64,000 nt of DNA. It comes from Podarcis filfolensis (Eukaryota). The translations under genes and the position numbers were made by a program. Within the stretch, counting starts at the first letter, position 1; each line of letters starts with the position of its first letter. Location: assembly GCA_964270895.1 (NCBI GenBank), contig OZ185440.1; one strand, written 5' to 3'. A model generated the notes under the pieces. It worked only from the letters and a program-made list of their open reading frames with translations, was not told where the DNA came from and ran no database searches. This document shows, in pieces, positions 1 to 11,300 of this stretch.

Positions 1-560
1 GCTGCATGCGGCCGGCTCCTGCTACCTGGGCGTGATGGGCTGGAGCATTCGAATGACAGAAAGAGGACAGAGGAACGAGCAACCCCACGACTCCGTCAGT
101 TTTGCTGTTCTGCCAGTAGAGGCTGTATATATGGAACTGGAATCTCTGTGTAGGCCTGACGTGACTCCCTCTCTGGGGCCGGCTGCCTGCCCGGCCTGGC
201 CCAGCCTGCAGCCCCCTAGGGCGCTTGCTCCACATGGTTAGAGACGTAGATTGTTTTCCCTTTTGTTGGCTTCCGATTTCCATTGGCATCTTTCTCTCTC
301 TCTCTGCTCATATTTGCGCCTGTAGCAAGACCGTGGCGCCATGTTTGGGGCACTCGCCCTTATTACTTTGAGTCCAATATCGCAACAACCGCGGTCAAGC
401 CCCCCTCCCCTTTTCCTGTGTGAATCTGTTACTGTGTCTCCTGCGTGTCAGCTAAATATTGACTGAGCAGCATCCAGACAGCCCCCCCCCTTCTTCGGCA
501 GGCTTCTTCCCTCCTTCCCTTCTGTTTTGAATAAACACTAACCCTCTGATTCCTTCTGTA
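1..560 (+). other. Probable distal 3' UTR and poly(A) signal of a convergent + strand gene (ERI3 expected by synteny)
   Basis: CpG-retaining, non-repetitive sequence ending in tctgttttgAATAAAc (530-535). Human ERI3 lies tail-to-tail with DMAP1, but no ERI3 coding sequence is present in the window. Confidence 0.35.
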
Positions 561-3500
561 TGTGATCTGAGGAAGCTCGGCTCTTTCTGTTCAAGGTAAA
601 GTGCCTGTATTCCCTGCCCACCAAGAGCCACCTATCTCCCTGGGGCTTCATTCAGCAGGGGTTATCGTAGGCAGGAGCATCCTGGCTGATGCTCACCGCC
701 ATGTCCTGCATTTCTTGAACCCTGTGATCCCTTGCTCATGCCTCCCCAGAACATGGGGAATCCTACTGTGCATCCACCCTGCACTTGCGCATGGCCCCCC
801 TATGGAGCATGCAGTCCATTGCAGGCAGTGGACGTGCCCATTACTGCTAGCCCAGCAGGGGGCTGTGTTCCCATTACCCAGCAGGGATCTGCAAATTGAC
901 TGACATCTCTGTTACTGCCCCTTTGCTCACCTGACCTCCTCCTCCTCCTACAACGGCTGCAACTGACTTGTTGCTTTGAGAGGTGTGGCCTATTCTTCCT
1001 ATCCTATTCCCATCACCTTGGTCCAGTGTGGGAAGAGGGAAATAAAGAATGAATCGCTCTCTCCCAGCTCAGTATTTTCCTGAAACCTTCTGCCCTAGCT
1101 TTTGCTGAATGGATCCCCAGATGGATAGGCTCCAGCTGCCACCTACCTGGGAGCCACACCAAGAGTCAGGCTGTGAGCTGATACAGGCACTGGGCCTTAC
1201 CGGTAAATAATGCATGGTGTGTGGATGTTCCAGCTGAACCCAACCTGACCTCCTCATTGGCTCGTTATTCCCATCCTTGCTGTAAATGTGCCACATGAAT
1301 AAAGTTTGGGGGAAAGGAACCTGGCTCCTTGTATGCTGTAAGGGAGCGGGGCCGGGGGGAGGCTTTATCTGAAATATGCTGCTAAGTAAACTCCTTTTCC
1401 CAATACCTCTTCAACTGCCCATGCAATCTGGCAGTAACTGCACAGATGTTTCTCCCATCCTTAAATGCATTTGCGTTCTGGGATTGTTTTGTGACACAAG
1501 TATCATGTACCTTCATGAGAGAAAATCACCCACATATTCCCATCTGTAGCCAAAACAAAAGCTGCTTCCTTATTAGTTCTTCCCCAGGAAAGTATCTTGA
1601 GAATAGGTCATACTTTCCTTCACAATAGTTAGCCTCCTGCCCTGTGCTCTACACCAGGGGTGGGAAACCTCCAGCCCACAGCCCTAATCAGGCCTCAGGG
1701 GCCATTTTGTCCAAGTCACACTCACCTGCCTCACACCTGACATAATGTGATGTCAGGCAAAAATACAGCTGCAAAGGAAGAAGCAGGAACCTTAAAGTTT
1801 GAACCTGCTTCTTCCTTAGCAAGTGGAGCTTGCATTTGACACCTTTTAGATTTGGAGCTCCCAAGTAGAGCTGAGCTTTGCTGAAAGTGGTATTTGCACC
1901 CACTGCCAATCAGTGGGCACCATTAAAATGTTTTCATACCATCTATTTAACATTACTGAAGGGCCCCTCAATGAAAGGAGGATCCTGAAGAAGCCAAATA
2001 TTTACATCTTATCACCTCAGCTCATTGCACCATCAAGGATGCTTAGCACACAATGTTCATAGGCTGCTTGGGCCACAGGGGCACAGGAGAACACTTTGGC
2101 TCATGCACCCTCCTCAATCTGCAGGTAGAAGTGGTGCTCACAGAGGGCAATACTCAGGTCTAGATACTGGCCCCTGTTGAAGTTTATATGGTTTCCCATC
2201 CTTTTCTCTCCGTTAGCTACGACAATATACCATGTAAAACAGAGCAAAGCCTGGAGCTACATGTTAAAAAAATCATGACTCATTTTATAGAAGTCAAATA
2301 AACTTGAACACAGAAGGCCAATGAATAATTACCAAATGTTTGTTTAGTGCTACATGACCTAAGATGGCTTATGCACCAATGTGAACAATCTTTTATGATT
2401 TAGACAACAATGACAAATGGGAGATTGAAAACAAAGCAAGCTGCTTGGAGAACATACTAATTGACTCCGTAGCTTAAGACAAAGCCCCAAATAAATCACG
2501 ATCCCCTTTCAGTGTAGGTCTCTGTTCTTTCCCCTCCCATTGTAGCAGTGAAAAGTTTGGGGGTCTGTTCCAGTTAGGGCCACCTCTCTCTTTATGGCAC
2601 CACTGCAGAAGGTAATTGCCTTATCAACCCTTTGTCTATGTCTGCCATTCCTTTCCATCCACATGACCATTCATGCAGTAGGGGTTGGAATGAGAACATA
2701 CTAGATACAACCAGCAGAGTCAGCAAAGCCTGTGTCCACCACCACCCACTGAAGCCTTGTAGGCCAGTCCATCTCACTTTGAGAGGTTTGTCCTCCAAGC
2801 ACTAGAGAATATAACTGAGCCTTTCCCACCTCAGGTTAGGGACTTGAGATCAAAGGTCATAGGGATTTTAATGGCTCCCTCTGTGTAATCACCTGATCAG
2901 TTTTATTGATTCAGTGTCGATGGAGTCGTCTAATTAGTTTTCTATGAAAACGAAGAACTTGGCCTTTGACCTTTCTTTCTGCCAGCAAGAATGTAAATCA
3001 AAGGGCGTTGTCATGCACTATCGATTCCCAGTTGCACTTGAAATGGGAAGGGGAAGGTAGAGCATGAGTTAGGTCTGACAGCAGCAGGCCAAAAGTATCA
3101 TAGCCCTCCTTCCAACATGTTTCTGATGGAAGATGAATATCTGAAAGGGCTGGGCTGGGGTGGGGGGAGAAGAGTACAATTCAGTCATTAAAACAGTCAG
3201 CAAGCTGGAGAAACTCCAGACCAGAATGGAGGGCTACCTCATAGGCCAGCACTCAATATTTTTACACTGGTGAAACCAAAGTTACTTACAGTTAGCTCTT
3301 CTTGAGGGTATCACTGGCCTCACTGCCTGCCACACACTGGAGAACATGCAACTGAAGTCTTTAGACGTAGCCAGTCAATCTCTTCCTGCTGAGGGCAAGG
3401 GTTATACCTAGGGCTTTGTATTCTGCACTAAAAACCCCATCAAAATTAAAATTAAAACTGGAATTCCATGGCCTGTATGCATTATGCAAATGTGCACATA

Positions 3501-4669
3501 TTTGCTCATTTTGCATAATTTATTTTGCTACTCTAGGGAAGGGTAAAGAGCTATGCAAAACACCACAGTCTGATCACTAGAAGTCCTACTTAGCCCTCCT
3601 ATGGCTTCAGAGATCTCACCAGAGATACTCACACACTTTCAAGGTGACCTTTGTAAAAGCTTATGGGCTAGAAACTTCCTTCTTGGTGCTGAATTCTATA
3701 TTTAATAGCAAAACATAGCCTTTCCTGCAATTGTATACACAGGCTTAATTATACTGACTTGGAATATTCAACCCTACACTATCAAACCAAACCTTCTAGC
3801 AATGAGAAATGGATGCTTCTTGGTTCTTGGAAAACCAGCATGCATACAAGCTGGTTGCTCCATTGGTCACTAATCAACGCAATTATCACACACCAAGTCA
3901 CCTCTGGAGGGTATAAAAGTTACTGGTCTGCATACAGCAGGCTACAACAGGAAAAGGCAACCGTGAACACACTGAACAAAATGGAACTTCCTTCCAAGTA
4001 AACACACGCAGGATTGTCCTGTTAAAAGAGTCTGTAGAACTACTTTTTTATGTTAGCACAAAGAACTCACCACGACACTCGGGATGGGTATGTATGTCCA
4101 CAAAATAACACAGAATAATTCTGGCTACTCTCAACAGATATGGGAGGGTACCTCACCTACCTGTGAGATGAGAAAACTAAGGATGCAGCATTAAATTGGC
4201 TCACTAAATTGACATTGAAAATTTGTTTAACTAAAAAGGTGCCACTGCTTAAATCAAACGGAAGATCTAAATTATTTTTAGTATAAGGACTTAGAAAAAT
4301 ACATGGAGAGCAGGCAACATCTTGGCAGAGGCATGACCTCCTCTCACCAGAGCAGGAAATACCTCCTGCAACGAATGAATGCATCACCTAAGATACAGTA
4401 TGGGGTTCTTTTCCTCAACTCTATTGTTTAATTCATATGCAGGGCACATGAGTCAAGCAACTGTTCTATAATTAGATGAAACACTGAGGGAAATAGGAAC
4501 TTTGTGGACATCCAGAAGAACATTCTGTAAGAATAAGCCTGAAACAAGCAAGCATTTCTTCCAGTGGGAATGGGATGGTGGTGTGAGAATTAGTGCCCAA
4601 CTAGGCCCATAAAAAAGACTATGCTTCAATGGTGGCACTGCAAAAGGTGGAAGATCTTCAGTATTCAAA

Positions 4670-5285
4670 GCAGCCTGAGATATGTCTCTTTTATTGCAAA
4701 GATAAGTTTTCAATAAAATAATTTATCCATGTAGCTCTGCATTGCAGTCTCTGCTACTACAACCGAGTCTTCCTTGCAGTTGTGAGATAGTTAATCATGT
4801 GTAGCATTATACTAGGGAGTCTTAGGTGGGCGTTTGTCCCCTCCTGCCTCACATGTGTCATAAAAACTATTCTAATCCATAAGATCTAGCTGATGATCCA
4901 GCACCTGCCTACTCCAGCTCAAGATCTATCTAGACAAAAGCAGCTCCTACCACCATAAAGGTGCTTCTGCCCACCCACAAGTGCTGGATTAGATTCAGAT
5001 TACGGAACAAGAGGTAATGGATTCTGTATTTACAAGGAAGTTTACAAAAATCAGACATAGGAAAGACAACACAATCACCACAGCAACAACCAGAATGAGG
5101 CTGTTAATGCAAGGAAGTCCAACCCATTTACCTGGGGCAGCAACACCCTTTTCTGGAACAAGAGAGGGCAATGTCACTGCAGGAATCCCATAGCATAAAG
5201 TACGCATACTGGCAAATGCAGCCATCTTGCCCCTGCAGTCAGTGTCCTGATCCTCCGACATCCAGGATCTGGAACTTCAGGCTAT
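4670..5285 (-). other. DMAP1: DMAP1 3' UTR (about 0.6 kb)
   Basis: Runs from the stop codon to the first canonical minus-strand AATAAA I found (4690-4695). The cleavage site is estimated. Confidence 0.65.
4690..4695 (-). terminator. Probable DMAP1 polyadenylation signal AATAAA
   Basis: tttatt on the + strand, about 590 nt downstream of the stop codon, followed by moderately U-rich minus-strand sequence. Confidence 0.6.
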
Positions 5286-5345
5286 TCATGGCTTCTTCAC
5301 TTTTTTGACAGACGATGAACTGGAAGCAGATTCCCTGCGCTTTCT
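5286..5345 (-). CDS. DMAP1: DMAP1 last coding exon (RKRRESASSSSSVKKVKKP*)
   Basis: 60 nt ending in TGA; acceptor ...cttcttggaacag. Confidence 0.96.
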   Translation of the reverse strand, partial: RKRRESASSSSSVKKVKKP

Positions 5346-8300
5346 CTGTTCCAAGAAGCAGAAATGAAAGACAGGTGTTAACAAGAGGTCAGACCATCCA
5401 GCTCAGTGCTAGATGCAACACAAACCCTTTTCTAGAACCCAAGGTATTGGGTGTGTCCAGACAAGGAATTCAGGAAGAAAACCACCACACAACACCCGAG
5501 AAGACTCTGGACCAGGCCTTGCACTTAAAAGCCCTGGAGGAACCTTGAGGCACAACAGTAAGCTTGTTTTTTCACCATAAAATAGTCTTATAAATGACTC
5601 TAGTGACAAGACTAAGGAAGGGATGGAAAGAGGATGAAAGTTCCAATACAAACCCCCTGATATGGAGCAGACCTTTCCGGAGCCAGTATTTCTAGGTTTG
5701 ACACATAAAGGGAAGGAGTAGAGGTAACCACAAGCCTGCCTGAAGCTTGTGAATTAGCATTTAACGGGATTAGCAGATTCCACTGGCTGATGCATGACCC
5801 CTAAATCAGTCACAGGCCCCTCCCAAGGGCACACAGTGAAAACTTAGCAAAGAGTTGGGATGTCTGCAAATTGTACTAAATGTGCCTGAAGTTTCCTCAA
5901 CAGATCAACTGGGAGAGTGCAATGCAGAGAAAAGGGAAATGATCCACCAAAATTATCAAGCAACATTGGCAGTTTAAGGCCAATGCAGGAAGTGAAAGGC
6001 ATTTAAACAAACAAACAAAACAACAACAACCCACCACCATCTCCTTTTCCAGGTCCACAGTGAATGGAGGAAAGAAATTAAAATGAGCCCTCTTGGGAAC
6101 CACAGGCTGCCATCCACCACCTTTCCTTGTTTTAAATGTTTCAGGCATAAATGATGGAGAGCCTGTATTAATAATGAAGCCCCCACACTTCTTGGGGATG
6201 CAACTATCTCCATAGCAGAAAATGCATGCCTAACTGCCTTCAGTGGCTTTGATTAGTGGGGAAAGCACACCACTTCGTTAACTGGCACCCTGTGAAAAAC
6301 AATACCTAGAATTTTGGGAAATTAGGAGCAAAGGTACATTTAAAGCAGCCAGCCCAACCTGGAAACAAAGGAGTGGGGGCCCGAGAGCTTCCCAGGGAGG
6401 CTGCCGAATTAATGGGGATGAGCGCATGTGTTTGATAATCTTTATATGGCAAAAGAGCCATCTTTCAAATATGTCACAAATTCATATTAATCACCTTCCC
6501 TAGCTTGGCTCTGCCCGTCGCCGTGGGCAAAAACGGAAAGTGTCTGGTTAGGAAAAATGTTCTACATTGTAATTTACAAGAGCCTGGGAACCTGGCTCCC
6601 TGTTAATGGAAAGGAATGATTTTAAAATGAGAAAATATATATTATAAAACACACACGTATCATGATACAGATACACATTTATATAGACGCGCAAGCGAGC
6701 TTTCTAACTCCATCTGGAAGGAAGGATGTTTGATGTTAACAATGTAACTTCTCACTTTCAAGCAGGCTCAGAAAACAAGGAGCCGGCAGGAGTTCAGATA
6801 AAGGCAGCTTAAAAGTCAAATGATTCTGACTCTGAACCTGAGACTTCTTAGAGGCAAGGTCCTTTCCTTTCCCCATTAATGGGCTGACTTGTGAGCCCAG
6901 GAACAAAGTGCGCTGATGTGAGGAATTCTGAGGAGAGTCAACTCATTATGGATGGGCGAGTGGAGTCTGAGTCGCACAAATCAAAGGCTCTAATCTGGAG
7001 TAACTGGCTGCACTTCTGCTTGGAACTAATTTGTTCCCAAGTTATACTCACCTTTCACCCTGCAAAGGCCCAGAGTAGCGTCCCTCCTGGGTCAGCAGAG
7101 CAATGCTCTGGGGTGGGGGTGGGGAGAAGGCTCCCTTCACTGTGGGCTGCCAGCAGTGGGCATCATGACATGCCCACAGCAGACTAACCAAGGCTGGGGT
7201 GCACTGGGCTGGCAGTCCGGTGGCCAAAAGCTGAGCCTATGAAGGTGGATATTCTCTTCTATTTTTTTCCAGCCTGCGATGAGAGGGAAATGTAGCACTA
7301 AAAGCCTAGTGGTGTCACGTGCAGATGCTTGAATGCTAGACCATCTCTCCTACAGAATTACAAAAAAGAGTCCACTTTCCATTGTAACAGAGCTAACACC
7401 CCAGTGAAATATTGAAGAAGATTTGGGGAAGGAACAATTGCTTCTGTAAGGTTCCTGTGTAGTCTTTCAGGTCCACACCAATGACCAGCAATTTGGTTGC
7501 CATTCACAGGTGGTTCAAATGCCTGTATATATTATTTGGGATGAGAGAGCATGTGGTGGGTGGGTTTGTTGCTAATGCAGGACACAGTGGGGAGGATTCC
7601 AAATTCATTAGTGGGAAGGAGGTGCTGTCAGGAGAGGGAGCAGAAAACTGAAAGCTAGAACTTTTGGAAAACACCAAACAAGGCACTTTTTAATATGCAG
7701 AGAACATGGTGAAACGTGAAGCCAAGATGTGTTTCCCCACATACATAGTAGCTCCATGCCAGGCATCCATGAACTTAACAAGAGCTGTTGGAGACAGGCA
7801 TGATATTTTATGTGTTCTCTAGTCTACAGAATCACCCTGGCTGCCAGTGTAAAGTCCTAATAAACTTCATTCTGCGTGTCAGTGCCGGGCTTGTTCTGTG
7901 CTCTTGTCTTTTCTGCATATCATGGATTGGGAAAGGCCACACTACTGGAGCTGCAAGCATTTAGAGAGTGTTTTATTTGTTACACTTTTCCACACAGGAG
8001 CTCAGAATGACAATTTAGCCAAGCAACAATTCTATGTGGTAGACCAGCCTGAGAGATGCTACCTTGCCCAGGTCACCGGTGAGCTTCATAGCCAAATAGT
8101 GATTTGAACCCAGGCTTCCCATGTTCAACCCCAATAATCCAGCCACAACAACAACAATGGCTCCCACGTCCGAGAATTGCAGAAAATTACCGCTCACTGA
8201 CCACCTGTTTAAGCCAATGTCCACTTGTTCACTCAGGTGGTGTCATATACATAGAGACAGGCAGTAGGAAAAATACTCCGGATGCTTTAGTCATGGAGCA

Positions 8301-11300
8301 GAATGGTTCTATGCCCAAATAACTCCAACAGCAGCAGGATCAGCTCCCTGAAAGGCAGGGAGAGCGACACACACTCCATCGAAAGTGGGGCAGCTTCTCT
8401 GATTGGTAGCAGTGTCATTCCACACACACCCCAATGACACCTCTCCACCACATACTTATGCCCCTCCCCTCCATCTTGGCAGCAACAGTGAACCTCCCTG
8501 AGATGCCCCCCTCCTGCTGGGTGGAATTTCTTTCCCCTCCAAAGACAGCATAAAGTGGTCACAGTGTGAATGCGCTTGACCTTTTGTCTTGGACTAATCT
8601 AATTGTGTCGTCTTTGTGTAACCAGCCGGTAAAGGTCAGAGCTGTATTTAACAGGGGGGCCCTTTAGGTACCAAATTTGCCTTGCAGTGAATTAACTTGA
8701 TTATATTTCTTTCAAATATGTCAGAGCCCAGGTCACATTAACCCTCCTGGTGCTGCCTTCATTCTTTTTGTTCCTATTCCAAGCATGGAGTTGGAAAAGA
8801 ACAGCACTAGGGAAACATAGGTGCAATGTTTTGCAAACAGACACAAATCAGTGAAAACTCTCTAGAGGAAGAAAAGGATTCTGAACTGGCCTGCTGCTGA
8901 GGCTTGCTGACCCCGCCCCCCAAAGCAGGTGAGAATTTATGACACAGAGATGTGGGGCTCAATAGTATGGTGAAGCCCATTCAGTAGGAGAAGCCTCTAA
9001 GAATGAGCTGTTACTCAAAACTCCATGCCACCTTTAGAGCTTACAGAGAAAGTTACTTGAATATCAAAAAAAAGTCACATTTTTAATAAAAAAACATCCT
9101 GACACACTGCTGTGCCAACATACTGGGACAGCCATTATGCAAGGAAGCAAGAAGGGTTTGGTGGCCAGCTGACTAATGATCTGATCATATCCATGTTAAG
9201 CACAGGTCATTGGAGTAATCCCATTTACTCCACTGGAAAAAACTTTCTTGGGCATAGAACCATGGAGCGGAAAGACAGAGGATCTCCCTTACTGAGAGGA
9301 GATGGAGCAAGCTTGTTTTCTCCTGCTCTGAAGGGTAGCACTTGAACCAATGGCTTCAAGTTACAAGAAAGGATATTCTGACTACGCATCAGGAAGAACT
9401 TTCTGACAGTAAGAGCTGTTTGACCGTGGAACAGACCCCCACAAGATGTGGTGGACTCTCTGAGGTTTCAAAGCAGAGATTGGATGGCCATCAGAGTCCT
9501 TCATTGCAGGGGGTTGGACTAGATGACCCTTGGGTCTCTACAATTCTATGATTCCCCAGTGACCTTAAAAGGTCTTGGTTTGCAGTGTTATGTTTTCAAG
9601 CAGGCCTAAAGGGGTGCAAGGGCATGCCAACATCAATATCTACTCACCGAATTGGGTGTGAGGGGAGCCCCCACCACATCAATGATCTGCTCCTTTGCGT
9701 CACCCTTGCTCTCTTCAGTGCACAAGCCTGACTGTCCATCAGCATGTGAGCCACCATCTGTGCTGGGCCCTGTGCTACCCGCTTTGGCCAATGCCTCATA
9801 GCGGTGCCGCAACATCTGCAGCTCATATTCACAGTTTGCAAATGCTTGCTTGAGCTCATACAGCAGCACCAGATCACTGCGCAACTCGTTGAACATCTGG
9901 ACAATCTCCTCTGTCGGCATCGGACTCAGGTCTGGAGGAGGCGAAAGGAAGAAAGTTAAGCAAGGGAACTCTGTCCCTTGCCAGCTGCAGACTGCTCCAA
10001 TGCTCCTCTGTAGGTCTTGGTTCAGTCCAAACTGGCTAAAGCAGAAAGCATTAAAGAGTAGAGTCCTTTATTAACTCAGATGTAGCACAACTGGGAAGTT
10101 TTGCCTGCATCAGACTCACTGCCAGCCAAGCCTTCACTGCTGTGCCAAGCCAGGGATGTGAGGACAGTCTAGATCAGTATTTTGCAATCTTGGGTCTCCA
10201 GCTGTTTTTGGACTACAGTTCCCATCGTCCCTGACCACTGGTCTTGCTAGCTAGGGATGATGGGCGTTGTAGTCCCCAAACAGCTGGAGACCCAAGGTTG
10301 GGATGGTCTAGAAGAAGCTCCTCTTCAAAGGAGGAGCAACCCCGTTAGTACACAACCTGAGCAAGACACTGAAACCAAGCATTACTGTTCTCGCTGAATC
10401 CAGGGAGTCCACTGCCTCTCCTACCCAGGAGAGGCTGGGCGGGGGGGTTGTATTTTGCCCCTTAGCCAAAAAGTGCAGGCCAGGCATATCCCCACACAAG
10501 TCGCGTGGGACCCATCCAGAAGAGGAGCAACAAGGAAGCACAAAAGCCAGGCAGAGTCTCACAGACAATGGCCACTAACCCCTTTCACAGTACCTCTCCC
10601 TGCACGAAAAGATTTGCCTCCTTAATACTGGGCTGTCACTCTCGATGGCTTAAAGAACCCAAACAAGAGAGAAAGAGACAAAAGACTCTGTTCAAATACT
10701 TTTCGACTGGGAGGAATTTTTTGAGGGGGGATATTCTTGTGCATCATCTTCTGGCTTTTACCCCTCTGCTGCTGCTTCTTTTTTTTTAACAAAACACATA
10801 AGATCTTATTTTCAAACCCATTCACATAGTGTTATTCAAGGAACTGGCTGTATTACTTGGGGGAAAAAATAGCCCCTCTCGACTACAAAGGCTTTGCTCC
10901 ATGGGTCTCTCTCTCTCTCTACCTGCCCTCTTTACTCACCTACTCCGAGTTCCATCAGCATCTGCTCCAAGGCTTTAATCTTCTTCTGTCCCACGGAGCT
11001 CGGCAGTTTCATCTGGAATACAAAGGTAACAGCCACACAGCTCTGAGCTAGCCCTCACTCACAGCCGCCTAGTTCAAACGGCAAGGGAGCTTTGCTTTTT
11101 ATAGTGCACGGGGAAAAAAGCGAGCCAAAGAAAGAAAGAGAGAAAAGGGAAATCAAGTGCTGGGAGAGGGAGGCAGAAAGAAGGCCTGAAAGTTTGCAGA
11201 CGAGGGCCAAGGGCAGGGACTGAAAAGCCTGGTCGCAAGGGCTTTTCAGTTCCTCCCGGTGCCAAGATGCGGAGATGCACAGCTTTACAGCTTCCATGTG

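Noticed and set aside
32-241. 69-aa ORF at the window start
   Set aside because: Does not resemble the ERI3 C-terminus or any protein I recognise; probably UTR sequence.
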